Assembly: GCA_002269645.1 (NCBI GenBank)
Contig: NIVC01000969.1
Location: 114,621-178,620 of the forward strand
Length of the DNA: 64,000 bases
Source: Macrostomum lignano
Lineage: Eukaryota
Direction: 5' to 3'
Shown here: positions 25,548-37,401 of the stretch, piece after piece
Position numbering within the stretch: position 1 is the stretch's first letter
Layout: each line of letters starts with the position of its first letter
The notes under the pieces: model-generated
The model's input: the letters and a program-made list of their open reading frames with translations, nothing else
Database searches by the model: none
Told to the model about the DNA's origin: nothing
Translations under genes and position numbers: made by a program

Positions 25548-26021
25548 CAGGCAGGCATAAAGGCAGCGAAGAGATGCAGATACGGTTTGAGGATTGAAAG
25601 CAAGCTTAGTGAGGCTCAGGCACAGATGAAGCTTGTCAGTGCAGTCCGAACCCCTCATTGCTCGTCACAATTGCGATTATTCAAAATTTTCTTCCCCCTC
25701 CTCTCCCTCTCCCCGTTCCCTCCTGGCTGCCACAGGCCGGCCTCAATTAGAACAGGGGGCGGAGGATTCCCAAGCCTGGCTTAGCCAAAAAATTTTAAAC
25801 CAACCAGTGGCAGCCGGCACTGAGTGGCGGACCTGCCGGGCACGGAGGCTTCAGGCGCTATAAAATTATCATTTTATACAGTAGCTGTGAAACCCACATT
25901 TTTGAAAGAGTCGGAGAGAGAGAAAAGGAAAGTCAATCCAGCCGGAAGCCGTGTTGCCAGGCAAACAAGGATCTGTCTGGCGCGCAGGAAAGCAGCTCAG
26001 TCAAAGCCTGCCTACCAACCA

Positions 26022-26085
26022 ATGATGGCCAGATTTCGCGCACAGGCGAGCCGCGAAGACGGAGCGTTGGAAGACTTTGAGATGC
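26022..26085 (+). CDS. Putative first coding exon of the DEG/ENaC gene
   Basis: ATG-initiated MMARFRAQASREDGALEDFEM ending in phase-1 donor C|GTGAGT, compatible with exon 27816-27920. Confidence 0.5.
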
Positions 26086-27815
26086 GTGAGTTTTGTGCTG
26101 CACGAGTACGTAGGCTAATCACCGAGGCCGGTGCTCAGCTTTAGGGACAGACAGCCTTGCCTGCCTTGAGCAGAATGCAATATAAAGCATCGAATACAGT
26201 CCCGGTTAGCCATTGGACTGATGCAATGACGCGCTTTCAAATTTTGATTACTTGTTTAAAATTCAGTCCCGATTCGACGGGGATTTAGTAGGGGGACGAT
26301 AATTACCGGAATTCTGCTGCTCGATTTTCTGGATTTATGGGCCACATAAAAATTCTGTGCAGCTCTCGTGCTGGAGAAGAGAATTATCTTTAAAGTAGGG
26401 GGGGGGGAGTTTAATCCCGACCAGCAGCCTGATGCTTTTCTTCAAGCTTATCTGCCTAATTGCACCAGATGGAGGTAGTGGAACGACCCAGCTCGAGGAA
26501 AAGCTGCGTTTTTGTACGCTGCCAGTTGCCCCCATATTTTACCGGCCACACACACGCAGGTCCAGCCTGTCAGACGGGTCACTGGATAAGGCAGGTTTAT
26601 TGGTCCCAATTAAAAGAAACAAATGCCTATCGCTTATTGTGCAATTAAAAAGCGAGTTATTTTTCTTGCTGTCTAAAACTCAAAACTAGCCGTGATAAAT
26701 AATTTACTCTGGCAGCAGTAATCACTCCTCCCCCAGTTGAAATTAATTGAGCCAATGGGGAATTGAGGCATGACCAGCGCTGCAGAAAATTTTATGGAAA
26801 TTCGAGGCCAACAGCTAGCTGCGAGGAGCATATTTGCATGCCTTTTGATGAATTTAGCCCTGGGAAGGGTCGACTTGAAGTTTCGAAATTGAGTGCTTCT
26901 TGGACACCAATGCCATCTTGCCATTGGCGCAGGTTTACCAAACGCTACTCTTTCTAATTTTTCACCCCAAAGTCTGCAAGCCTAAAGTGCCAGTGAGTGC
27001 ACGCACACCTTTCAAGTTTCCAGACTTCCGCGGGATAAAATTTATCACTTATGTGGCATGGGTTTGTGCCGCAGGCGTGGCTTATAGCAATAACTTTTAG
27101 CTTGCCCTCGACCACCCTGGAAGCTTTTGCAGCTCAAAATCCAATAGAACAGTTTTATGAGTCTCCACAACAGCGCAGCGCCTGCCATTAGGTGCTCCCT
27201 ACGTGTGCGGTCTGTCGAACATGATTTATTGAATTAGCATGCGACCAGGCGCTGGAAATTCCTTCGCTTCCGCTGCATCTCCAGGCTCAATGTAATGACA
27301 AAATGGAACATCATTGGTCATGAAGCTTAGAGATCTACAGTTCACTTATTATCTAGCCCGAGTTCCTTTTTCCTGTTTCTCTACGGTATTTAAATTTGGT
27401 CCATTGGCTGCCGGCCCCAAGGGGTTCGGTCCCTGCTTCTGCTTGTTGCTTTTCTCCCACTATTCAAGGATCTTCAGCTGTCCGGCAGTCTGCAAGCTCC
27501 GGACGGTTGCCCTCTTCCCTCCTGTCTCCCGAGTCCCAACTCCTCTCTCTGGCTTGTCCGTCTGTCTGTCTCTCTGGCAGCGAATCGTCTATCAGCCAGC
27601 TGCCAGGAGAATCGCAATAAATAGTGATAGTTCATTACTAGCAAGGTTACAATGTGCTCCGCTTTGGCTTATCAAAACCACACGGAAACAACAAAACCTA
27701 AAAACTTCTCATTCTCTACGCCTGATACGCTTCTGCTCTGTAGGTACACCAACTGTAGTTGCTGTCGTGGTTTTCCCATATGAGCGTAAAACTTTACATC
27801 TCCAACAAATTTTAG

Positions 27816-27920
27816 AAGGCATCGACGAGGACTACCGCAAAGCCTTCCTAGAAGACGAGGCCGAGCAGCAGCAGCCGCTGACCCAGCAAAAGTCATCTGC
27901 TGTTTCTGCTAAATCAAAAC
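27816..27920 (+). CDS. Putative second coding exon of the DEG/ENaC gene
   Basis: tttag| acceptor and |GTGAGT donor, 105 nt, phase 1/1, reads GIDEDYRKAFLEDEAEQQQ...; splices in frame to acceptor at 28980. Confidence 0.6.
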
Positions 27921-28980
27921 GTGAGTGTTACGATGGCTTGGTAACGGGTAGATTCTCTGCAGTGCAGGAAAACTATAGCTATAGGTGCTGAAGAGGGCGG
28001 ATGGTACTTTCTCTAAGAGTTTGACTTGTTGTGTAGAACGTCATGTAAAGGCGATCGCATCGCGTAACAGCTGACGTAGACGGAGGCCAATTAAAGATTC
28101 TGACCGACTCCCGCATCTGTTGACGTCTTTGTCAGAAGTAATTTGCGCACAGGCAAACGCCTGGGCGTGGGCCGAAAACGCACACAGCTGCATTTGTCTT
28201 CGTTTCTCTATCCGATTGCGGGATCCGATTGACAAGCGGCATGAAAAATATCCCTTGTAGATATTTATCCGACTCCTGAAGTACAACAGACTTACGCTCG
28301 TAGTTCTAGTTAACTAGCTCACTTACTGACCTCATGCTCTTCCATCAAAGCAGCGGTATCGATCCAGTAGCTCCGGATGGATGGAGGGATCGGCCGGAGT
28401 GGACTGTTGCCAGAAACAGTGCGCCGGATTCATTTTTCTGCTTTTAGTCAATCAATCAGCCTCGTATTCTAACTTATTCCATGGTAAGCCGGCCCGCTCT
28501 CCCATTACCTCTTTCCCACCTTCTTGGTGTCTCTAGGAGGTGGCGAAAAGTTTTCCCTGGCGTAGGAGAAGCAGGCGTAGGCCCTTGCACCGCGGCGGAT
28601 CACCCCGAGGCTCATCCATCAAGCGAGATTATTCCCGTATGCTGTTAAGGCGAGACTTGAGCGGAAGCAGCTAGAAGGGGGCTGAAAGTGCCCGCCCCTC
28701 ACTGATTGCCGCCTAAGGGGAGCCCAGGCTAGCATGTGGTGAATGCGCGCAACTGTTATTATTTAACATGTGAAGTGTGAAGCCACTTTGTGAGGGTCTT
28801 GTTTTGGTGCGCCTCTCCTCTACGCATTGCCAAGCCATAATTTGACGCCCGGGTGAACATTGCGCGCTCAGCGTGAAAGGATTCCACTAAACCAGATGGT
28901 GGCTAGTACTAATATATCTAGGATTCGATAGACGCTCTGGTTTGGGATCAGCTGGTTGAACATCTTATTCCGCTTTGCAG

Positions 28981-30836
28981 TGCCATCCAACAACAACATG
29001 GAGGGTCGCAAGACAAGTGCTATGCTTTTCTGCGAGTGCAGCTCCATTCGAGGCATGCCGAAGATTGCCAGATCATCGTCCAGCTTCCTCAGACGGATGT
29101 GGCTCTCCTTTATCATTGGCATGACCCTGGTCCTCATCGTGTCCTCGTCATTGGCCGTTCGCAGCTACCTGCAGTATGACGTCATTGTGCATACTTCAGA
29201 CATTCCCGAATTTCCATCAAAGTTTCCAGCGATTACCATCTGTCTACACCGACCATTTTCTCAAAGGGCGCTCAGTCTGTGGGCAAACAGCTCTGTCATG
29301 TCGCCGAGAGGCTACAACCAACGCTTGCGACGCTGGGCTCAGGAGGCGATCAACAAGACTGAGAGTAACTTCTCGCGCATCAAGCAAAAGGACGCGGTAC
29401 CGATATTCTACGCGCTCTACTACGACATGCTCGAGATGTACTATCAGAATGTGCGCTATGAAGACACTAGGCTGTTAAGCCACGATCCCAGCGTTATTCG
29501 AAAGTGCATCATCATGACCAAGTGGGGCGAAAGTCACTTCAAAGATCCCTGCAACCTCACCGACCATAATTTCAGCATCAAACTTTTCTCGCACCCAAAG
29601 CACTTCAACTGCTACACTGTCGAGCCGAACAGCGAAGCCTCCTCGTTAGACACGATCTTCCTCGGACTGGCCGTGGACCTTGGGCCTAAGCCTGATTACC
29701 TCAACCTACAGCAGGGCTTTCTCAACGACGTTTTTGATCAGGCCACCGGTCTACGACTGGTGATCCACGAGCCGAATCGTTATCCCGATGTCGAGCAGTT
29801 CGGCAAGAACATCGAGGCGGGAAAGATGACGGAACTGGCCTACACGCCGACTCTCTGGAATCGTAGCAATACGCCAGTGAAGCCGTGCATTGAAGGCGAC
29901 GCCGAACCGTTCGAGGACCTCGGTCGGAGGTTCGACTACTCGCAACGTGAATGCACACGGATGAAGACACAACGTGCAGCCATGGAACGCTGCGGCTGCA
30001 TCATCTGCTTACCAGGGCATCCGCGACCGAGAATCCCGGGACCCGATGTAGCCTACTGCGGCACCTTCACTGACGCCTACAATCGAACTACGGACGACTT
30101 TATACGTTTCTCCAACTGCTATGTGGAAGATGTTCAGCCATCTGAGGACCATCTGAAGCCGTGCCTATCCCGGTGCGTGTTCTCAGAGTACGAGACCAAG
30201 CTGTCTGTGACGGAGTGGGGCGCTACAGATTGGCAGGTGTATTGGTCTGGCAAGTACCTCAACGACATCGAGGAGCTACAGCGGCTCATGAATCAACGCG
30301 ATAACAGACCAGAAGAAGAACAGCAAGGTCTGGCGCCTCGTTTCGATGACGTAAAGAAGCGAATCATGCACTACCTGACGAAAGAAAACCTGACATCAGT
30401 ACAGGCCTCCGCGGACCAGATGGTCGAGTCGAAGAATTTTGCCTACGTCGTCCTAAAGCGAAAAGGCGAAAACTTGATTTTGAAGCAGGAAAAGCAGGTG
30501 CTGACGCTCAATGCATTGATGTCCCAAATTGGCGGCCTTTGCTCTCTGACCATCGGCCTCACCTGTGCGTGTATTGTAGAGGTGGTAGAGTTTTTCTACA
30601 TCTACTTGACAACGTTCAGAACAAATGGTCAAGCTGGAACAGCCGCCATCAACAATGACGGCGGTGGTGGAGGTGTCGGCGCCAGCGAAAGTAGCGCGGG
30701 AGTCGGCACGCACGGCCAGCGAACCGTCCTGCTGCCTGGCACGGCTCCAACTTCACTCGACCTGGACAATGCCGCAAATCATGGAGACCAGCGGATAGAG
30801 CATCGGCAGCTGCATCAGAGGTCATCCCAAATCTAA
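28981..30836 (+). CDS. DEG/ENaC (amiloride-sensitive sodium channel / FaNaC / ASIC-like) subunit, main exon
   Basis: TM1 (MWLSFIIGMTLVLIV), FPAITIC, FNCYT, GLRLVIHEPNRYP, Cys-rich thumb (CGC...C...C...C), TM2 LMSQIGGLCSLTIGLTCACIVE; preceded by ctttgcag acceptor; in-frame ATG at 28998. Confidence 0.93.
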
Positions 30837-33352
30837 TTCTTAATTGAGCGCTTGACAATTACGACCTACCTATTGACAATATTTATTTAGCTACTCCAAG
30901 CCGATGTTGAGTCACGAAGCCCTCTAGGATCTCTCAGAATCTGCTGTGCGCTCTTGAGTATCTCCCTTTTCTGGCACACCTGGACAGGAGAGACTCTTCT
31001 ATCTATTGGTGACAAAGTTTAGCAAACACTATCGGATAAATTTTGCACGTTACCGAGACCCAGTGAGCTCCGCTAGTTGACAGTTTCCGGAGTGCAAGTG
31101 TTGACTCCATTGGGGCTCAGGTGGGAGCGGAACAGTCGCAAAGGCACTCCAAGCTTTAGCAAAATGGTCGCTGCCTATGTAGGTCCTGAGGTCTCAACTA
31201 ATTATTTGTCTGGAGAAGATTGCCAGCCATTGTTTTATCTCTGATTGAGAGCCTTCACCGACAATTGATTTACAGGATCTAACAAATATCAGGATGCTTA
31301 GGTACGAGAAAGCATAGTTATAAACCGTTAAGCCAGGTCCCTAGTAAAAAACATTTTGTCCGAGACGGACCCATTAGTAGGCATAAGGGCCTTGCAGTAC
31401 AAGGATAGCCGCCCTTGGCACGGAATTTTCCTCAATCGTGGGTCCAGACATCTGTGTAGCTTTGGAATGCATTGGGAAAGACAAAGGGCCAGTATGCGCC
31501 GCATTCCTTGGGTTTATTAGGCTTGTGTGCTCTTTACAATGTCAGGGGAAAAATTTGGAATGCGGTATTAGTTACTCGTATTTGCCGGTCAAGTTTTGAA
31601 AATTGCTTGTCAGATCACCTGCCGCGACTCCAGCTCGCCGCCCGGGAGACAAAAGTTGCCGATTAGTCCAAAGAGGAGCTTGAAGAAGTGCCCCGGCGTG
31701 GGGCTGGGTCGCACCGCTAGCTGATATTGATAGCGGGGCTGAAAGCGCACAGGGCCAGTTGCTTATCTAATGTTGCCTTCCATTCCGAGAAGAAAATGGA
31801 AATGTAATGGCTGACAAGAAATGATGCACTAAATGATCAGCAGCTGTTTTCCGGCTCTCCCCCTCCCCTTCAGTATTTTATTAGACCACAGGGCGCTTCT
31901 GACGACGAGGTCCAGCATAAATTCGCGGTGACTTACCAAATACATTTAGTTATGCAGCAGAAAAGTACAAACATGCCGACTCCCGCCATTCTTTAAGTAG
32001 TAACAACCCAGCCTTGCCTTCTGGTTCCGTGACATTTTATATCATATTGCTTCTTTCTGCTCCTAATGTGTTGGTTGACGCTATACGTACTCGTCCATTT
32101 TTTATGCATGCTAAATTTTTCATTCTCTTGCTTTTGAATTTCAAATGCCCTATTGCTGACTCGACTACTCATAGTAGGCACATGGAAAACTATAGTAGTA
32201 TGACGCTATTCTCTTGAGACCGGCTTTTTGCAGAAAAATAGTCGAAACAGTAGTGAGATAGAAGGTATTCCATTTTTTTGCGTACTACTTTCGAAAAGTC
32301 CACTTTAGTTGTCCATGGGTTAGGCCAGTCTAATGAACTGATAATCACCAACCAATTTCTGTATCCTACTGGTATACTGGTGTACTTCAGTCAATAGTTT
32401 TATCAGCTAATGCCTTGCCAGGACCGCAGATTCGGTTGATTTTGAATCTGAGAGAAACACAGCTTTAACTTTAACTCTAGCTATTATTATCTAAATTTTA
32501 TTTATGGTCCAATTTCTAATAGGAGTTGAGCATCATAGATAAGTTCCTGCGCTAAACTCTTGCAATGATTTTTGTATAATTTACAGCAAAAGTAAACGGA
32601 CGATGCACTCCGTTTTCTTAGAAAAGAGCCGGATTTTCTGAAAAAATCTGATTTTAGTTTGTCTATGATGAAAACTCATTCAGCTAGCGATGAACTGGCG
32701 ATACGACAACTATTCGTTGCTCACCGGAATCCAGCTCATTTCTAAGAAATTCGAGTCTTCAATTGTTCATGAGCTCTAAAAAAAAATTGACGCTAATACT
32801 AATTTGACTACCAGATTTTAATTTGAATGTCATATTCTATTTAGACAAAATAAAAGACACATTGTCTTACTAGAATGTCCTACTAGAAGTAGTGCGCTAG
32901 TGACGCTCACCCACACCCACCACGTGTTGACTAGAAATGTCTGACTCCAATGCAGACAAGTAATTTTTTTAAACTCATTCCCGTAGGCGAACTCATTTAA
33001 AAATGTGCGCTAGAATAGAGACGATTGAGCAAGCCGGGCACAGCGGAGAGCATTGCGCTGTCTGTCTAGAGGGAGGCGGGCTGAGAAAGTGTGGGGTAGC
33101 CAGGTAGGCAGGGAATGGCACTACAATGCCGACACCCCGTCCCGACTCACCAGCTCGCTCTGTATCCATGGCCCCCCTCTCTCCCTGCTCAAACCGTTGC
33201 TGGCGTTGCAAGCGAAAATAGAGAGAGAGATAGCAGGCAAGCCCAGAGCCCATACGAAGAGTACTTGAAGCTTGAGCCTACCGTCATCTGTTGAGACACC
33301 GGAGCATTCGAATAGTTTGAGCAGCAGTCGAGCTCAATAGTGGCATCGGAGC

Positions 33353-33777
33353 ATGGCATCGGAGTTCGCGCATCGGCCCACCCAGCAGGAGCGCGAGTTC
33401 GTCCCGCCGAGGCGTAACTTCCCGCCGAAGTCCGGCTTCACGCCGCGGCCGGTCGAGCGGCAGGCCGACTTTCGCAAGCCCGCGACCTCGCTCAGCATGG
33501 AGTGCGAGCATCGGAAGCGCATAGAAGAGGACGTGCCCTACACCTACTTCCCCTCCGTGGCCGCCCGGCTGTGGACGGAATCCAGCAAGTTTCCGCCGCC
33601 GTTTCCCGACCGGCCGGACGACAACTACAGCTTCAATGTGTGGCGAAACTTCAAGACGGCCTTCGGACTGCAGATTCCACCCAACCGGCCGGAACCGGAG
33701 CAGCACGAGCTACTAGCTGCCTGCTATCCCGTCAATGTGCCTAAGCCGAGCCACATGAACGAGCACACCTTTGCCAG
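33353..33777 (+). CDS. TEX52: TEX52-like (testis-expressed 52) protein, exon 1
   Basis: FPDRPDDNYSFNVWR and VPKPSHMNEHTF resemble recalled TEX52 motifs FPTQPDRPYDSNVWR and IPPPSWMGQNSF; phase-2 donor AG|GTGGGG. Confidence 0.65.
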
Positions 33778-33995
33778 GTGGGGGCAATCTCTTCTGATGT
33801 TTGCTTACTTTCTGATGTACATTGCAGACGAATAGTTGGATTTCCAACAAAGCTTGAATTTCTCTTGTCTCAGTGACGTGGGAGCTCTTCTTTTGTTCTC
33901 TGGCGGCCAGGTATCTGTAGAGCGGGCCACTAAGTGTCCGGTTATCAGTTGCAACTGTTTGTCGCTAGTGAATCACCCAAACAGTGCTCGCCAGG

Positions 33996-34170
33996 GAGGC
34001 CGTAGCCTTGTGGTCTAGCGCGGCGATCTCGTGTAAGAGACCAGCGGCCCAGGCTCGATTCCAAGTGCAGTCACACTGGTGTGGGTCTGCTCGTGCAATT
34101 AACGGCATTGAGGGTCAAACTCAAAGGCACAGTGAATTGTACATGCCTAAATTCTGTATATGTATGTGAA
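33996..34170 (+). mobile_element. tRNA-derived SINE family 2 (in TEX52-like intron)
   Basis: gtagccttgtggtctagcgcgg...ctcgattccaagtgcagtcaca shared with 48438-48590; A/B-box-like head. Confidence 0.7.
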
Positions 34171-34186
34171 TCTTCGATCTTCTACA

Positions 34187-34357
34187 AGCTTTGCTAGGTG
34201 TCTCCATGGCAATCAGCTTTGCTGGGTGTCTCCATGGCAATCAGCTTTGCTGGGTGTCTCCATGGCGATCAACTTTTTTGGGTGTCTCCATGGCAATCAG
34301 CTTTGCTGGGTGTCTCCATGGCAATCAACTTTTCTGGGTGTCTCCATGGCAATCAGC
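34187..34357. repeat. 28-bp minisatellite (6 units) in TEX52-like intron
   Basis: gctttgctgggtgtctccatggcaatca. Confidence 0.95.
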
Positions 34358-34499
34358 TTGCGCGCTGAAATACTCAGAATACTCAGCTTATGCTACTTCC
34401 CAGTAGTATGTCCTGTATGTTCCGTACGTCAGCACGCTCTCAACTGATGTATCTAGCATTCATTCGAAGTTATCCACAACCTAAAAACCAACCACGCAG

Positions 34500-34950
34500 A
34501 TACGTGGAGACGTCCAACCTGTTCAAGGACGAGACCAAGCGCCGCATTGTGATCCGGCAGCTGCGCGAAGAGGACAGGCAGCACAAGCGGCTGGCCCAGC
34601 TGGCGGCCGCTCGCGACCCTCCGCTGGACGCGCGCGGGTCCATCCTGCCGCCAGAAGGCTACAAGCGCTACGCCCCGCTGATGCTGACGCCAGGCCTGGC
34701 CGGGGAGTCGGCAGACCAGGCGGCCGCCTCGGAAGCTGCCGGCCCGCTGGCCGGTTCGCTGGCTGACGACGTTCAGGTGGACATGTTCGGCAACATTGTA
34801 CGCCGGCGCAGGCGGCCCCGCCTGTGGAAGCTGAGCTACCGCAGCACCAACCCGAAGTATCAGGAGGCCATGCGCTATTCAACGCAGGTGAGGGAGGGCC
34901 CGCCACCGGAGCGGTTCCCGACGCTGCTGCCGCCACCTGCGGCGCGCTGA
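34500..34950 (+). CDS. TEX52: TEX52-like protein, exon 2
   Basis: cacgcag|A acceptor in phase; ARDPPLDARGSILPPEGYKRY resembles TEX52 [21 protein letters not shown]; TGA at 34948-34950. Joined model about 291 aa. Confidence 0.65.
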
Positions 34951-35250
34951 TAACGCAGATTTTTTTCACAACTGTCAATATTGAAGAAACGATTGTAAAA
35001 AACAGCTTTACGTTTACTAACGATTCCGCCATACAGATGATATAATTTTTTAAAAATAAAAATAATATTTAGTGAAAAATGAGTCGCTGTTGCTCCAACA
35101 TTGAGAGTCCGGAACAACGCCTCAGTGTAGTTTATTTTCAAACGTTTTGAACTGCATAAATTGCCGGAAAAGTTAAGGCAGCTCGATACTACTGTCAATA
35201 AGTAGTTAAATAGCGAATTGTGAATTTTTTATTAAGTTTATGGTACTTAC

Positions 35251-35520
35251 GGGCCAGATTTGCAATCGACAGCTCAGCCGCAGCTTTTGCGAGGCACATC
35301 TGAAGGCTGCGTACGGCTGTTCAGTCCAAGGACTGGGGGGTCGCACACACGCCCTCAATTACCCCAGCTAATGCTGGCACCCATTTTACAGCTGGGTGAA
35401 CTGAAGCAATGCAGAGTTAAGTGTCTTGCTCAACGATACAAATTGTTCCAGTGGGATCGCGAATCGAACGCCCGACCTTCAAGTCGTGAGTCCGACGCTC
35501 TAGCCAATAGAATGCAACCC
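35251..35520 (-). mobile_element. tRNA-derived CORE-like SINE, copy 2
   Basis: Highly similar over about 240 bp to 23390-23625, including tRNA-like head and CORE-like segment. Confidence 0.8.
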
Positions 35521-35904
35521 CCCTCAGATGTAGAAGGTAAGATTGGTAAGATGGTACTAAGTAAGTAGCTATTACGAGAGTAGTAGCTAACTACGCTCCT
35601 ACTTTTTGATGTACTCAAGTATGAAAAACTACAATAATACTTATGCAGTACAGCCTACTCTGTGCTTCTGGTTACACTGGAGCCAAATTGTGGTCGAAAA
35701 TAGAACGCACAGTTTAATTAAGCAATTCCATTATAAGAGACGTTGTTGTATTCGCAGGAAGGCTGTGGACAACCTGGCGCATGTTCTCAGGCACTGCTGC
35801 CCATTCCTCTGACTCCTGAGCACACACAAGAGCGCCAATACTGTACGTAGGCACAGCACTCATGCACACGCTCACACAGGGTGCACAGCAGCGGCCCTGA
35901 CTGT

Positions 35905-36624
35905 CTAATTGTCAGGCATGCACACATGTGACTTGGGGGTTGGCCCTCATGGGTGTGATTCTAATTGTCAGGCATGCACACATGTGACTTGGGGGTTGGC
36001 ACTCATGGGTGTGATTCTAATTGTCAGGCATGCACACATGTGACTTGGGGGTTGGCCCTCATGGGTGTGATTCTAATTGTCAGGCATGCACACATGTGAC
36101 TTGGGGGTTGGCCCTCATGGGTGTGATTCTAATTGTCAGGCATGCACACATGTGACTTGGGGGTTGGCCCTCATGGGTGTGATTCTAATTGTCAGGCATG
36201 CACACATGTGACTTGGGGGTTGGCCCTCATGGGTGTGATTCTAATTGTCAGGCATGCACACATGTGACTTGGGGGTTGGCACTCATGGGTGTGATTCTAA
36301 TTGTCAGGCATGCACACATGTGACTTGGGGGTTGGCCCTCATGGGTGTGATTCTAATTGTCAGGCATGCACACATGTGACTTGGGGGTTGGCCCTCATGG
36401 GTGTGATTCTAATTGTCAGGCATGCACACATGTGACTTGGGGGTTGGCCCTCATGGGTGTGATTCTAATTGTCAGGCATGCACACATGTGACTTGGGGGT
36501 TGGCCCTCATGGGTGTGATTCTAATTGTCAGGCATGCACACATGTGACTTGGGGGTTGGCCCTCATGGGTGTGATTCTAATTGTCAGGCATGCACACATG
36601 TGACTTGGGGGTTGGCCCTCATGG
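35905..36624. repeat. 56-bp minisatellite (about 13 near-identical units)
   Basis: ctaattgtcaggcatgcacacatgtgacttgggggttggccctcatgggtgtgatt. Confidence 0.97.
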
Positions 36625-37401
36625 TCCCCATGGCCCCTGACACTACAGTACATGCACATGTACCAGGCAAAGAGAATATTCAATGCAATTAGCTGGGGTT
36701 TCCAATTTCAACGAAAGGCGAAAATTTTCCGAGCGTAAAGTGAATAAGTTCGGCTCAAAGAGAAATTCGCCAAGCAAAGACAGGCAGAATAAGAAGCACT
36801 TTATCAACAAGGCAAGAAAACGCACCTGTCAATCAAGTGTTAGCTACTGGCATCGCTCCCAAAGCACTTCAAATCCTGGGGTAGCTACTTATTTCTTTTC
36901 TCTGGGAGCTGCTGGGAAGTTGCAGCTGGGCTCCACTATGCATGAATAGCGAACTGCACTCGCCTAATTGTCACCTGCTAGTAAAAATGCTTTGACTACC
37001 GCGGAAGCTGTGACAGCTCTGCATTGTAGGCTGGTGTCAGCCGGATCTCTGCCTGCTAAGCCTGCGCTGTGTCTCTCAGCCTCTCTCCGACCTTCATCAT
37101 TATCTATGATATGCATCCCGCCAATCCGATGTGGCTGCAATAGTTGTTGGAGTTATAGGTGGGTTTCTGTGAATCCGATGCAGCTGAGATCTAAAACAGT
37201 TTTATCTGGGTAATTGAACTCACCCGATAAGGCCCAGCTAGTGCCTCGCTAGTTCCTGTGTGTGTTATCACAAATATATAATTCATATCTTTATACTATA
37301 GCGCACAAACGGCTTTGCTCAGACTTCATTTATGGAAGGTTACTATCAATCCATTTATAGAAGCTGGGGTCCCATTGGTGCAGGATATTTGACATGAATT
37401 T

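Noticed and set aside
31100-31500. Possible LINE reverse-transcriptase remnant (W...RQ...GVP)
   Set aside because: Motifs lie in different frames and the QGS/YADD motifs are absent.
34888-34893. Possible donor CAG|GTGAGG near the end of TEX52-like exon 2
   Set aside because: The GC-rich frame continues to a stop 60 nt later and no downstream exon was found.
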